A DNA stretch of 37,910 nucleotides, taken from positions 1 to 37,910 of the IMG/VR virus record IMGVR_UViG_3300011971_000004. One strand, written 5' to 3'. Below are positions 16,842 through 27,629 of the stretch, piece after piece. Numbering within the stretch: the first letter of the stretch is position 1; each line of letters starts with the position of its first letter. The translations under genes were made by a program, and so were the position numbers. This DNA is from a virus (Duplodnaviria; Caudoviricetes). The notes beneath the pieces are model-generated. The model was not told the DNA's origin and searched no databases. It worked only from the letters and a program-made list of their open reading frames with translations.

Positions 16842-18519
16842 GTATCCTAAAGACTACAACCCCATAAGGGAATACTGGGAGCTAATCAAAAGCGGTAAAG
16901 AGATCGTCCCGGATAAGATCCGTAGAACATATAAAAAGCTAGTTCAAGATTTAGACACTAAAGTAAGTGAGTATTTCTACAGTAATTCAAGAGCGAACCA
17001 CTTTATTGAGTTTACAGAGAACTTCTGCAAACACTCTAAGGGAAAAATGGGCGGCAAGCCCGTCATTCTAGAGTTGTGGGAAAAGGCTTTGCTTGCCACG
17101 GTGTTTGGATTTATAGATATCGAGGGAAACAGGAAATACCGAGAAGCAATCCTAATCGTAGGCAAGAAAAACGGTAAATCATTAATCGCTTCATGCGTTG
17201 GCCTATATCTCCAAGTTGCAGACGGAGAGGCGGGGCCGGAGGTTTATGCAGTAGCAACCAAGCGCGATCAAGCAAAGATCATTTGGGGAGAAGCAAAACG
17301 CATGGTGCGTAAATCTCCCGCACTTCAAAAGAGAATCAAGACATTGGTAGCTGAGTTGGTTAGTGATTTCAATGACGGTATATTTAAGCCCCTGGCGAGT
17401 GATAGCGACACGTTGGATGGCCTGAACATTCATGGGATTCTAATGGATGAGTTCCACCAATGGAAGAACGGAAAGCCCTTATATGACATCATGGCTGATG
17501 GTGTATCCGCTAGAGAGCAACCATTAAACTTTATGACCTCCACGGCGGGAACTATCAGAGAGGATATATACGACCAAAAATATGATGAGGCAACACAGCT
17601 TATAAATGGATATTTCGACGAAGCGGGCTACAAGGACAACAACCTTGTAGCTTTTATTTATGAGTTGGATTCAAGAAAAGAATGGACAGATCCTAAGTGC
17701 TGGAAAAAGGCAAACCCAGGGCTAGGAACAATCAAGAATGAGAAGACACTAGCCGCGAAAGTTAATAAAGCAATGTCAAACCCTATGCTAGTCAAGAATC
17801 TTGTGTGTAAAGAATTTAATATTCGAGAAACTTCGTCCGAGGCATGGCTGACCTTTGAGCAGCTAGATAATACAGAAACGTTCGACATTAAAATCTTGAA
17901 TCCGAAGTATGGAATAGGCGGGGCCGACCTATCAAGCACAACTGACTTAACCGCAGCATGTATTTTGTTCATGTTACCCAATGATCCAAAGATATACGCC
18001 ATGTCCATGTATTGGTTGCCGGAGGATCTACTGGAGAAGAGGGTAAGGGAAGACAAAATAAGGTACGACCTTTGGCAAGAACGAGGATTGTTAAGAACTA
18101 CGCCCGGAAACAGCGTCCATTATAAGTACGTGGTGGAGTGGTTCTTAGAAATGCAGAATGAGTCCGGAGTTTATATTCCCTGGACCGGATACGACTCTTG
18201 GAGCGCTAAGTATTGGGTGGAAGAAATGAAAGCGAACTTCGGAGAAGAATCCATGCTGCCTGTTATCCAAGGAAAAAAGACATTGTCTGGCCCAATGAAA
18301 CTACTAGGTGCCGACTTAGAGAAAAATATAATTATCTACAACAATAACCCAATCACAAAATGGTGTTTGAGCAACACGATGGCAGACATCGACAGAAACG
18401 ATAATATCCAGCCAATAAAGACAAGCCATCAGAAACGTAGGATAGATGGAATGGCGGCAATGCTTAATGCCTATGTAGTTTTGCAGGATAAGCAAACGGA
18501 TTACGGCAACATGATCTAG
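16834..18519 (+). CDS. terL: Terminase large subunit
   Basis: VGKKNGKS Walker A, MDEFH, GGADLSSTTDL, RIDG motifs; exact start uncertain. Confidence 0.95.
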   Translation: MIKYPKDYNPIREYWELIKSGKEIVPDKIRRTYKKLVQDLDTKVSEYFYSNSRANHFIEFTENFCKHSKGKMGGKPVILELWEKALLATVFGFIDIEGNRKYREAILIVGKKNGKSLIASCVGLYLQVADGEAGPEVYAVATKRDQAKIIWGEAKRMVRKSPALQKRIKTLVAELVSDFNDGIFKPLASDSDTLDGLNIHGILMDEFHQWKNGKPLYDIMADGVSAREQPLNFMTSTAGTIREDIYDQKYDEATQLINGYFDEAGYKDNNLVAFIYELDSRKEWTDPKCWKKANPGLGTIKNEKTLAAKVNKAMSNPMLVKNLVCKEFNIRETSSEAWLTFEQLDNTETFDIKILNPKYGIGGADLSSTTDLTAACILFMLPNDPKIYAMSMYWLPEDLLEKRVREDKIRYDLWQERGLLRTTPGNSVHYKYVVEWFLEMQNESGVYIPWTGYDSWSAKYWVEEMKANFGEESMLPVIQGKKTLSGPMKLLGADLEKNIIIYNNNPITKWCLSNTMADIDRNDNIQPIKTSHQKRRIDGMAAMLNAYVVLQDKQTDYGNMI

Positions 18520-18537
18520 CTGAGAGGGGGTGAAAAC

Positions 18538-19695
18538 TTGGGATTACTAAGCAGGTTCTTCAACAAAAGCGCAACGACAACACGGTTTGAATTGATAACC
18601 GACAAGGGCAACGGCTTCTATAACTGGAATGGAAACTTATACAGATCCGATGTCATAAGGGCATGTATTCGTCCTAAAGCAAAGGCCATAGGGAAGTTAG
18701 CAGCAAAGCACATAAGGGAAACATTAGGACCGGACGGTGCAACACTGGGACTAAAGGTTAATCCTGACGCTTACATGCGCTTTTTGCTAGAAGAACCAAA
18801 TCCCTATATGACAGGTCAAATGTTGCAGGAAAAGGTCACAACTCAGTTGCAGCTCAACAACAATGCGTTTATTTACATCAACAGAGATGAAAATGGATAC
18901 GCAAATGAGTTATATCCTATACCTGCCATGAGCGCAGAGGCTATTTATGATTCCTCCGGAGAACTGTTCCTAAAATGCACCATGAGAAATGGAAAAACGG
19001 TCACATATCCATACGCTGACATAATCCATTTGCGACAGGATTACAACGAGAATGATATTTTCGGGGAAAGTCCGAGAGACGCGCTTCTGCCACTTATGGA
19101 GATTGTGAACACCACTGATCAAGGGATAGTTAAGGCTATTAAAAATTCTATGGTCATTAAGTGGCTAATGAAGTTCAAGAGTGTGTTAAGGCCAGAGGAT
19201 CGCGACATGGAGGTTAGTAAATTCGTCGAAAACTTCCTGAGCGTTGACCGGGGAAGTGGGGTTGCCGCCTCTGACCCTAAGTATGATCTTGAGCAAGTAG
19301 AGGACAAGCCATACGTCCCGAACGCAGCACAAATGGACAGGACAATTACAAGGCTTTACAACTTTTTTGGAACCAACGAAAAAATAGTTCAATCTAAATA
19401 CTCAGAGGATGACTGGAACGCTTATTACGAGTCAGAGGTCGAACCTTTAGGACTTCAAATGGGTGGAGAGTTTACGAGAAAACTATTCAATCGGAGAGAA
19501 AGAGGATTCGGAAACTCAATAATATTTGAAGCGTCTAACTTGTCTTATGCGAGCATGTCAACAAAGCTTAATCTTGTTCAATTTGTCGATAGGGGAATGA
19601 TGACACCAAACGAGGTCAGGAGAGTAATGAACCTCGGTCCGATAGATGGCGGAGATCGTGTGCTTCTCAGGAAAGACACTGGAGTTGTAGCGTAG
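18538..19695 (+). CDS. HK97-family portal protein
   Basis: LLEEPNPYMTG, DIIHLR, GMMTPNEVR..NLGPIDGGD. Confidence 0.95.
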   Translation: MGLLSRFFNKSATTTRFELITDKGNGFYNWNGNLYRSDVIRACIRPKAKAIGKLAAKHIRETLGPDGATLGLKVNPDAYMRFLLEEPNPYMTGQMLQEKVTTQLQLNNNAFIYINRDENGYANELYPIPAMSAEAIYDSSGELFLKCTMRNGKTVTYPYADIIHLRQDYNENDIFGESPRDALLPLMEIVNTTDQGIVKAIKNSMVIKWLMKFKSVLRPEDRDMEVSKFVENFLSVDRGSGVAASDPKYDLEQVEDKPYVPNAAQMDRTITRLYNFFGTNEKIVQSKYSEDDWNAYYESEVEPLGLQMGGEFTRKLFNRRERGFGNSIIFEASNLSYASMSTKLNLVQFVDRGMMTPNEVRRVMNLGPIDGGDRVLLRKDTGVVA

Positions 19696-19712
19696 GGAGG
19701 TGATAACAAATA

Positions 19713-20387
19713 ATGGCTAAGATAAATATAAAAGGACCGATAATTTCTAGCCAGCAACAATGGATTTATGATTATTTTGGCATTGAAGCAACATCCCCGG
19801 CTAAAGTCAGCAAGATCCTAGATTCTATCATGAGCAATGAGGACCTAGAAATTGAAATCAACTCTAATGGTGGAGATATTTCAGCTGGGAGTGAGATTTA
19901 TACAGCCATAAGAGGATACAGCAAAGGTAATAAGAAAGCCAATGTTGTCGGTAGCGCCTTTAGTGCTGGATCCGTCGTTGCAATGGCCTGCGAGTGTTAT
20001 ATGTCACCAACAGCAATGATGATGGTCCACAAGGTATCCACAGGAGCCGAGGGCAACAGCGACGATATGGATAAAATGTCACAAGTCCTAAAAGTGGCAG
20101 ACCAAACCGTTGCGAACGCTTACATTGCAAAGTCGGGAATGTCCATGAAAGACGCCTTAAAGATGATGTCTGAAGAAACGTGGCTCACGGCTCAACAGGC
20201 TAAAGACAAGGGGCTGATTGATGGGATCATGTTCGAGGGAGAGCGAAGCACACAACTTGTCAACTCGTTCGGTAACGTGATACCTCTCGAAATCATAAAT
20301 AAAATGCAAAACGAGAGGCTCCGCAATTTGAGCAAAGAAAAATTGCAAAACAAATTGAATTATTTAAAATTGAAAGGCGTTGAATAA
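19713..20387 (+). CDS. ClpP-like prohead protease
   Basis: INSNGGD, SAGSVVAM, MMMVH, ETWLTAQQAKDKGLID. Confidence 0.92.
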   Translation: MAKINIKGPIISSQQQWIYDYFGIEATSPAKVSKILDSIMSNEDLEIEINSNGGDISAGSEIYTAIRGYSKGNKKANVVGSAFSAGSVVAMACECYMSPTAMMMVHKVSTGAEGNSDDMDKMSQVLKVADQTVANAYIAKSGMSMKDALKMMSEETWLTAQQAKDKGLIDGIMFEGERSTQLVNSFGNVIPLEIINKMQNERLRNLSKEKLQNKLNYLKLKGVE

Positions 20388-21609
20388 CTTGAAATTCGCA
20401 AACAAACAAGACTATTTAGACCAAAGATCCGTACTTATGAACTCTATCCAAACCATGATGGACTCGGCAACCTCTGAGGAAATCACAACCAAGATGTCAG
20501 ATGTTGAAACGATGGATAACGCATGGGGAGAACAGGCTAAGGAACTTGCTAATAAAGCAGCTTTAGAGAATAAGCTGAAAGTGCTTAATCTCGAAAACAA
20601 GGGAGTGAATATCGTGGGTAAGGTTATCGATTCAACAAATTCAGCCACAAGTGACGACATGTTCGCGTCCGTAGACTACAGAAAAGCCTTCATGAACAAT
20701 GTAATCAAGGGAACCGCGATTCCTAGCCAATTCTCCAACGTGGATGCAAGCACAACCACAGGAGATGTCGGAACAGTGATCCCGACAACCGTAATGGAGA
20801 AGATCGTTGAGAAACTAGAAGCAACCGGGATGATCCTCCCGTTAATAACTCGCACAGCCTATAAAGGTGGAGTAGCAATTCCCCTTTCCACGGTTAAGCC
20901 AGTAGCAACATGGGTGTCGGAAGGATCAACGAGCGACAAGCAGAAAAAGACAACCGGGAGCATCACTTTTACTTACTTCAAACTTCGTTGTGCCGTATCA
21001 GTCAGCCTTGAAGTGGAAAACATTACCCTGGCCATCTTTGAAAGCGCATTAATCAACAACATCACAGAGGCAATGGTTAAGACTCTTGAGCAATCTATTA
21101 TCAGCGGAGTTGGCACAACTCAGCCACTTGGTATTCTAGCCGAAACCCCAGCAGCAGGACAAGCGCTGGAAATTGCAAACGCTACAGCATTAGGATATAG
21201 CCATTTAATAGCGGCAGAAGCAGCATTACCCCTAGAATACGAACAAGACGCTGTATGGTGCATGTCCAAGAAGTCATTCATGGCATTTATCGGAATGGTT
21301 GACACACAGAAGCAACCCATTGCCCGTGTAAATTATGGTATTAGTGGCAAACCGGAACGGACTCTGTTGGGAAGAACAGTAGTTTTAAATAACTATGTAG
21401 GTTCTTATCTTTCAACAGTGGCGGCGGATACATTATTCGCCTTTCTATTCAACTTCAAAGATTATATCCTAAACACCAATTACCAAATGACTCTCAAGAA
21501 GTATGAGGACAATGAAACTGACGATCAAGTCACTAAGGCTATCATGTTGGCTGACGGTAAGGTTGTTGACAAGAATTCACTCGTAACTATCACCAAAACA
21601 CTGGCATAA
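20380..21609 (+). CDS. HK97-fold major capsid protein
   Basis: N-terminal delta-like coil, VIPTT..KIVEK, ATWVSEG, GVGTTQPLGI, TLLGRTV. Confidence 0.92.
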   Translation: MNNLKFANKQDYLDQRSVLMNSIQTMMDSATSEEITTKMSDVETMDNAWGEQAKELANKAALENKLKVLNLENKGVNIVGKVIDSTNSATSDDMFASVDYRKAFMNNVIKGTAIPSQFSNVDASTTTGDVGTVIPTTVMEKIVEKLEATGMILPLITRTAYKGGVAIPLSTVKPVATWVSEGSTSDKQKKTTGSITFTYFKLRCAVSVSLEVENITLAIFESALINNITEAMVKTLEQSIISGVGTTQPLGILAETPAAGQALEIANATALGYSHLIAAEAALPLEYEQDAVWCMSKKSFMAFIGMVDTQKQPIARVNYGISGKPERTLLGRTVVLNNYVGSYLSTVAADTLFAFLFNFKDYILNTNYQMTLKKYEDNETDDQVTKAIMLADGKVVDKNSLVTITKTLA

Positions 21610-21650
21610 TATAGGGGCCTCGGCCCCTTATCCTCATAAGGAGGGATAGT

Positions 21651-21941
21651 GTGATACTAGATAAGGTTAAATTAGTGCTTAGGATTGATGATACTATCTT
21701 GGACGAGGATATCCAGGAAACGATTGACGCTGCAATGGCTGATTTGAAACTATGTGGCGTGCTTGAATCAAAGATCGTCGAAACAGATATGTTGATTCTG
21801 AGGGCAATTAAGACATTTTGCAAAGCTGAATATAGTTCAGACGATAAAGAATATGCCAGGTATAGCGAATCATACGCCATGATCAGAAATCACCTAACCA
21901 TGTCGATTGATTACAATTCAATTCCGGTGGTAGTAGTATGA
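21651..21941 (+). CDS. Head-tail connector (gp6-like)
   Basis: LDKVKLVLRI..LDEDIQETIDAAMADL. Confidence 0.85.
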   Translation: MILDKVKLVLRIDDTILDEDIQETIDAAMADLKLCGVLESKIVETDMLILRAIKTFCKAEYSSDDKEYARYSESYAMIRNHLTMSIDYNSIPVVVV

Positions 21942-22273
21942 GGATTGGAGAGTTAATCAACAGAATCGATATCCAGAGTTATACCCGAACTGAAAATGAA
22001 GTTGGGGAAGAAGTTAAGCAATGGCAACTTTATGTTCCCCTATGGTCAAAGTTTTTTAATAGTAGTGTAAAGGATCAACTCAAAGCGGGCAAAGACGCAC
22101 CGAGTATCGTGTATGAAATCGTAATAAGGTACAGAAACGACATTGATACAACTATGCGCGTAGTTTACAAAGGCAAAAACTACAACATAGATCATGTCGT
22201 TAACTGGAAAGAGCAGAACATTGAAACGCACCTATTTTGTACCTTGATTGAAGAAGGTGTCTACAATGAGTAA
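21938..22273 (+). CDS. Head closure/head-tail adaptor
   Basis: GELINRIDIQ..IVIRYRNDIDTTMRVVY. Confidence 0.88.
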   Translation: MRIGELINRIDIQSYTRTENEVGEEVKQWQLYVPLWSKFFNSSVKDQLKAGKDAPSIVYEIVIRYRNDIDTTMRVVYKGKNYNIDHVVNWKEQNIETHLFCTLIEEGVYNE

Positions 22274-22685
22274 CAGCGACTTTGAGATAACAGGATTAAC
22301 CGAATTCGAGAATGATCTATTGAGGGTTATCGGTAAAAAGTTCCCCGCTGAGGCTAAAAAGTTTTTAAGGAAACAGGCCAATCTCGTAAGAAAGCAAGCA
22401 AGAGCCGACACCCCAAAGGATAGCGGGTACACCAGAAAGCACTGGAAGGTATTTGCTAAGGGCAAGAGGACGGTAACGGCTAACTTTATCGAGGCTAAGG
22501 TTACTAACGATGGTCAATTATCTCACTTGCTAGAAAATGGTCATCAGATTGCAAATCAATACGGCAAGTATGGATTCCAGCCAGGCATACACATGCTTGA
22601 AAAGGCTGTGACTAAATTGGAAGCAAGATTCGACACCGAACTAAGTGCCTTTATTAGTCAGGTCATGGAGGAGTTGGCCATATGA
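22266..22685 (+). CDS. HK97 gp10-like neck protein
   Basis: TPKDSG..W...HLLENGH..PGIHMLEKA. Confidence 0.85.
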   Translation: MSNSDFEITGLTEFENDLLRVIGKKFPAEAKKFLRKQANLVRKQARADTPKDSGYTRKHWKVFAKGKRTVTANFIEAKVTNDGQLSHLLENGHQIANQYGKYGFQPGIHMLEKAVTKLEARFDTELSAFISQVMEELAI

Positions 22686-23161
22686 TCGGATACGTTGACA
22701 TTAAAAAGTCAGTAATCGATGTCCTAAAACTTAAAGCCAGCTCCGTAAAAGTTGTCGCCACCGAGGAACTAAGTGGGTTTGATAAACCTGCTTTTTTTGT
22801 GCAAATGATGCCCATTAGTGATATATCCTCCATCGACTACGAGGAAAAGCTCCTATCCATTAACATCCATTACTTTTCAGAAGAAAAGACGGATCTGGCT
22901 AACTTAAAAATGGTCGACCAATTAAACAAAGCTTTTTTCAACACTCTGAAAATCGGGGATCGGGTAATTACCTTGAGCAACAAGAGGCACCAAATCACAG
23001 ATAACGTCCTACAATTCAAGTTTGATCTTGAATTACTTAATGACCTTGACGCTATCGAAGTCAACGGCGAATGGGTAATGCCTACGGTGCTCGATGAATC
23101 ATTAGGTTACACCGAGGTATCAGTCGAACTCATGCAAGAACTAGAAATCAAGGAGGAGTAA
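22682..23161 (+). CDS. Tail terminator/completion protein
   Basis: GFDKPAFFV..INIHYF..VLQFKFDL; position before the sheath. Confidence 0.75.
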   Translation: MIGYVDIKKSVIDVLKLKASSVKVVATEELSGFDKPAFFVQMMPISDISSIDYEEKLLSINIHYFSEEKTDLANLKMVDQLNKAFFNTLKIGDRVITLSNKRHQITDNVLQFKFDLELLNDLDAIEVNGEWVMPTVLDESLGYTEVSVELMQELEIKEE

Positions 23162-23163
23162 AC

Positions 23164-24228
23164 ATGGGATTACCTCAAATAAATATTGCGTTTCAAACCC
23201 TAGCAGTAACGGCCATCGCCAGAAGCGCAAGGGGGATCGTTGCTTTAATCTTAAAGGACTCAACGAATGTAATATTCGACACTAAAATCTATACAGATGT
23301 TATCCAAATAGATCCCGATGATTGGACAGTTACAAACCTCGATTACATCAAGAAAGCTTTTTTAGGAAGCCCAAGGATGGTAATTGTAGAGAGGTTAGCG
23401 GTGGACGCGGTGGATTACAACGCGGCTCTGGCGAGATTGACTAATAAAAAATGGAATTATGGCGCTATACCTGGCATTGTCACGGCAGACGTAGCAACAA
23501 TTTCTACATGGGTAAAGACACAGCGTGACACAAACAAAAAGACGTTTAAATTTGTACTGCCTAATAGTATTTCGGACCACGAAGGCATTATCAACTTCGC
23601 CACGGATGATTTAGCCGTAGGCGCTAAGACCTACACAACCGAAGAGTATTGCTGCAGGATCGCGGGTATCTTGGCAGGTCTCCCATTCACTAGAAGCTCA
23701 ACCTATTTTGTCCTGGACGAAGTCGAAAGCATCACCGAAACTTCCACTCCGGACGCTGATATCGACGCTGGGAAACTCATCTTGATCAACGACGGTGAGC
23801 ATATCAAGATTGGTCGAGGCGTGAACAGCCTTACAACGACAACTGTAACCAAGGGTTCTAAGTTCAAAAAGATCAAGATCATGGAAGCAATTGACCTCAT
23901 GCGCGAAGATATTCGAGACACCTTTGACGCTGAATATGTCGGCAAGATCAACAATTCTTATGACCATAAAATTCTATTTATCACAGCGGTCAATGCTTAT
24001 TTCAAGGGCCTCCAAGGCGATGAAGTCCTAGACCCTAACTTTACTGCGTTGGCTGAAATCGACATCGATGCTCAGGAGTTATACCTCCAATCAACCGGTA
24101 CTGATACTAGCTTATTAACGGCAGCCCAAATCAAAGAGTACAACACCGGCAGCAAGGTCTTTATCAAGGCGAGTGGCAGTCCGTTGGATGCGATGGAGGA
24201 CTTAGACTTCACAATGTTAATCGTATAG
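23164..24228 (+). CDS. Contractile tail sheath protein (XkdK-like)
   Basis: MGLPQINIAF..RGIVALILKD, RIAGILAG, KIGRGVNS, DAMED. Confidence 0.93.
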   Translation: MGLPQINIAFQTLAVTAIARSARGIVALILKDSTNVIFDTKIYTDVIQIDPDDWTVTNLDYIKKAFLGSPRMVIVERLAVDAVDYNAALARLTNKKWNYGAIPGIVTADVATISTWVKTQRDTNKKTFKFVLPNSISDHEGIINFATDDLAVGAKTYTTEEYCCRIAGILAGLPFTRSSTYFVLDEVESITETSTPDADIDAGKLILINDGEHIKIGRGVNSLTTTTVTKGSKFKKIKIMEAIDLMREDIRDTFDAEYVGKINNSYDHKILFITAVNAYFKGLQGDEVLDPNFTALAEIDIDAQELYLQSTGTDTSLLTAAQIKEYNTGSKVFIKASGSPLDAMEDLDFTMLIV

Positions 24229-24239
24229 GAGGGTGAAAC

Positions 24240-24683
24240 ATGGCAAAGCTCAGAGGTAACAACCAGATAAACGGTTCGTGGGGCCAAGTTTGGATGGACG
24301 GAGAATTAGTATTTGAAGTAGAATCCTTTGAAGCAAAGGTAACTGCTAATAGGGAAACTGTAATTATCGGTATGGATGAGGATTCCAAGCTTACTGGCCT
24401 AAAGGGTGAAGGCGCAATCAAGGTCAAGAAAGTATTCGACAGAGGCAAGAAGGCATTATTGGAAGCGTGGAAAAAGGGCGAAGATCCACGGAGTACACTT
24501 GTCGGGAAGTTGAAAGATCCAGATACGGTTGGCAAACAATCATCGCGGGTTTCCATCGGTAACGTATGGTTTGACGAACTGACATTAATGCAATTTGAAC
24601 AAGCTAAAAAGCTTGAAGACGAGTATAAATTCGGCTTTACTCCGAGCGATGCCGATTACCTTGACACTATCGACGTTCAATAA
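24240..24683 (+). CDS. Tail tube protein (XkdM-like)
   Basis: INGSWGQVWMDG..FEAKV..LKDPD..NVWFDEL..FTPSD. Confidence 0.93.
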   Translation: MAKLRGNNQINGSWGQVWMDGELVFEVESFEAKVTANRETVIIGMDEDSKLTGLKGEGAIKVKKVFDRGKKALLEAWKKGEDPRSTLVGKLKDPDTVGKQSSRVSIGNVWFDELTLMQFEQAKKLEDEYKFGFTPSDADYLDTIDVQ

Positions 24684-24699
24684 GAAGGGATGATTCACC

Positions 24700-25077
24700 A
24701 TGGAAGTAAAGAAAAAGTTAAGCATAAGTGATTTGATTGCCAATGCAGAAAAGATTAAGAGCAAGAAAGCGGAGACTAGGGAACTTTACGTTAAGTCCCT
24801 GGATGCCACAGTTACGATCACTAAGCCAACGCGGTCCGTTATCCTTGACAGTAATGACCTGGGCAACGAGGGCGCAAACCTCTTCTTGACTTATGAGTGC
24901 GTAACCGATCCTAGCTTCAAGGATTCTGCATTACAGAACACATATGGTGTTACAGGATATGAAGTATTAGAACAAATATTAGAACCGGGAGAAGTTGACA
25001 ACATAGCGAAGGAAATAATTAAATTTGGTGGATATACTGCCGACAATATAAGTATTGTTGATTCTGTAAAAAACTAA
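24700..25077 (+). CDS. Tail assembly chaperone (XkdN-like, G)
   Basis: PSFKDSALQ..ILEPGEV..GY...VKN ending; position before the tape measure. Confidence 0.88.
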   Translation: MEVKKKLSISDLIANAEKIKSKKAETRELYVKSLDATVTITKPTRSVILDSNDLGNEGANLFLTYECVTDPSFKDSALQNTYGVTGYEVLEQILEPGEVDNIAKEIIKFGGYTADNISIVDSVKN

Positions 25078-25256
25078 TAAAGGGTAATTCAGACGTTTAT
25101 CTTGTGCATTATTTTTTCAAAAAAGGGCATTCGCTGGATTACCTTTTGAATTTATCAAATCAAGAGAAGATTTTCCTTGAAGCAAGTATGATGTTGAGCT
25201 TTGAGGAAGATCACGAAAAATGGAAGCAAGGTCACTTAGTCTATTTTGGCAAGTGA
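25068..25256 (+). CDS. -1 frameshift extension of the tail chaperone (GT-like)
   Basis: Slippery A-AAA-AAC at 25068-25074; the -1 frame is open as LIKGNSDVYLVHYFF...YFGK to TGA 25256. Confidence 0.8.
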   Translation, partial: KKLIKGNSDVYLVHYFFKKGHSLDYLLNLSNQEKIFLEASMMLSFEEDHEKWKQGHLVYFGK

Positions 25257-25284
25257 CCTAGCTCTTTTTTAAGGTGGTGAGACT

Positions 25285-27216
25285 ATGGCAGACCACGAAA
25301 TAGGTGCCATCCTGACACTCAGGGACAACATGAGCGCCACCCTTAGGGGTGTTAGGGGAGAGCAAGCGGCATTCAGACAAGATACGACGGATACGCAGCG
25401 AGTTGTTCGTGAACCTATGAATTTTAGGGTTAATGCGGCGGCTGCGGCAAAGGCAATCACAGGAATAGCTTTGGCAGCAGGGGCGGCGGTCTTAGCGGCT
25501 GGAGGACTTGCGGTTGCGTTTAGTGATGATCTGCAAAAGTCCATTAACGGAGTACAGTCAGCCACGGGTGTAGCTGACGAGATGATGGGTGATATGCGTA
25601 CCGCAATGTTAGCTATCTATAACGATAATTTTGGGGAGAACTTTGAGGAAATAGGAAAAGCAATGAGTCTCATTAACCAACAAACCGGATTAGCTGGGGA
25701 CGCCTTGAAAAAGACAACAGAAGACGCTCTTGCACTGAAGGATACCTTTGGGTTGGAGGTAGCTGATAGTATCAAGGGCGCTAATCAACTAATAAAGCAA
25801 TTCGGAATGGATGGGAACACAGCCTATAACCTAATAGCCCAGGGAGCGCAATGGGGGCTGGATTCCAACGGAGATCTACTCGACACCCTGAATGAGTATA
25901 GCGGGACATTCCAAGCACAAGGATTCAGTGCAGAAGAAATGTTTAACATGATTTCTAATGCGTCACAGTCTGGGATTAGGGACTTGGATCTTGCCGCTGA
26001 TGCGATAAAAGAATTCGGTATTAGGTCTAAGGACGGAAGCACAACGTCGGCAGCTGGGTTCGAAGCGTTGGGATTAAATGCGGCTAAAATGACTAAAGCC
26101 TTCGGAGCGGGTGGAGATACGGCAAAAGCAGCCTTCGACAAAACAACTAAGGCACTTTTCGCAATGGAAAATCCGGTAGCACAAAACGCCGCAGGGGTCG
26201 CATTGTTTGGTACCCAATGGGAGGATATGGGGGCTAAAGGTATTGAAGCCCTAACTAATACTCAGGGCGAAATAAGCAAGTCCGTTGACGCGCTAGGTAA
26301 AATAAATGCAGTGAAATACAATACCTTTGGCGAGGCAATGGAAGGTATTAAACGTAATTTGCAGACTGGTTTGCTTGTCCCATTAGGGCAACAATTACTC
26401 CCTAAGATGAATGAACTAGCTGGATGGGTAACAACTAACATGCCTAAAATACAAAACGAAATTTCGTTTTCATTTAATACCGCAGGGGATGCCATCAAAG
26501 CAACAGGCACAGCGTTAACGGAAACAAAAACATTCTTTCAAGCCCATTGGAATGTCGTATCCCCAATACTTGCAGGTATAGCAGCGGGGGCCGGGGCGTT
26601 TTACCTGATTACAGGGGCTATGAAAGTATGGAAAGCTGTAACCGAAGCGGCAACTATTGCTCAAGGAATATTTAATTTCACTTTATCTGCAAGTCCCATT
26701 GGTAAAGCGGTTGTGATAATAGGATTATTGGTAGCCGCAGGAGTGCTTCTATATCAAAACTGGGATTGGTTATCTGCTAAAGCTGGGGAAGTAGGAAAAA
26801 CAATCGGAAATGCTTTTAAGTCAGGCGTAAATGTAGCTGTCGATGCTATTAATTGGCTAACAGATAAACTAAATGTGGTCCTTGGTTTAATTGGAGTAAA
26901 AATCCCTAGTGTAGCTCATGTTGCATTAGACACTACCAATACCACTGGGGTTGGCAGTAATCAGCGGATCGGCGGAAACGCAAAGGGAACAGACAATTGG
27001 CGCGGCGGTCCAACATGGGTTGGTGAAGAGGGGCCAGAGATTCTCAATTTACCAAGCGGTAGTAAGATAACACCTAATGATAAAATCCCAACCGGCGGTA
27101 AATCTAGCGGTGTAGTCATTCAAATGAATGGCACTATCATCAGAGAAGAAGCAGATATCCATAAACTTGCAAGCGCAATCGTAACCCAACTTGACGCAGC
27201 GGCCTCGAATATGTAG
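25285..27216 (+). CDS. Tape measure protein
   Basis: Ala/Gly-rich helical repeats, DLLDTLNEY, ADAIKEF, LFGTQWED, C-terminal WVGEEGPE. Confidence 0.93.
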   Translation: MADHEIGAILTLRDNMSATLRGVRGEQAAFRQDTTDTQRVVREPMNFRVNAAAAAKAITGIALAAGAAVLAAGGLAVAFSDDLQKSINGVQSATGVADEMMGDMRTAMLAIYNDNFGENFEEIGKAMSLINQQTGLAGDALKKTTEDALALKDTFGLEVADSIKGANQLIKQFGMDGNTAYNLIAQGAQWGLDSNGDLLDTLNEYSGTFQAQGFSAEEMFNMISNASQSGIRDLDLAADAIKEFGIRSKDGSTTSAAGFEALGLNAAKMTKAFGAGGDTAKAAFDKTTKALFAMENPVAQNAAGVALFGTQWEDMGAKGIEALTNTQGEISKSVDALGKINAVKYNTFGEAMEGIKRNLQTGLLVPLGQQLLPKMNELAGWVTTNMPKIQNEISFSFNTAGDAIKATGTALTETKTFFQAHWNVVSPILAGIAAGAGAFYLITGAMKVWKAVTEAATIAQGIFNFTLSASPIGKAVVIIGLLVAAGVLLYQNWDWLSAKAGEVGKTIGNAFKSGVNVAVDAINWLTDKLNVVLGLIGVKIPSVAHVALDTTNTTGVGSNQRIGGNAKGTDNWRGGPTWVGEEGPEILNLPSGSKITPNDKIPTGGKSSGVVIQMNGTIIREEADIHKLASAIVTQLDAAASNM

Positions 27217-27221
27217 GAGGT

Positions 27222-27629
27222 ATGAAAGTGGAATTTTGGTTAAAGCAAGGAAATAATAGCCTCCAACTCCCCGTGCCTCCTCCTAGTTACACAATCAAGA
27301 AAGCTTTGAATAACAGCACTGTTATAGTTGAAGGATTGGGCGAAGTAAGTTTCATTGGAAAGCCAAAACTAGCGGAGATACCAACAATTCAATCATTCTT
27401 CCCAAAGCGGATTTATAGCTTTTGCCAGTACAAAACGTTTCCGACACCCAAAGAATGTACGGATCTCATTGAAAAGTGGATGGCAAGCGGGAAACCGATA
27501 AGATACCTAGTAACTGGCGCCATAAATACGGAGTGTACAATTGAGAGTTTTGAATATGGTGTGCGTGATGGCACAGGAGATGTCTATTTTAGCCTTGACC
27601 TTAAAGAGTACAAGGTGATTGCCTTATGA
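27222..27629 (+). CDS. XkdP-like tail tube initiator (no LysM)
   Basis: LQLPVPP..GLGEV..SFFP..IESFEYG..GDVYFSLDLKEY. Confidence 0.8.
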   Translation: MKVEFWLKQGNNSLQLPVPPPSYTIKKALNNSTVIVEGLGEVSFIGKPKLAEIPTIQSFFPKRIYSFCQYKTFPTPKECTDLIEKWMASGKPIRYLVTGAINTECTIESFEYGVRDGTGDVYFSLDLKEYKVIAL

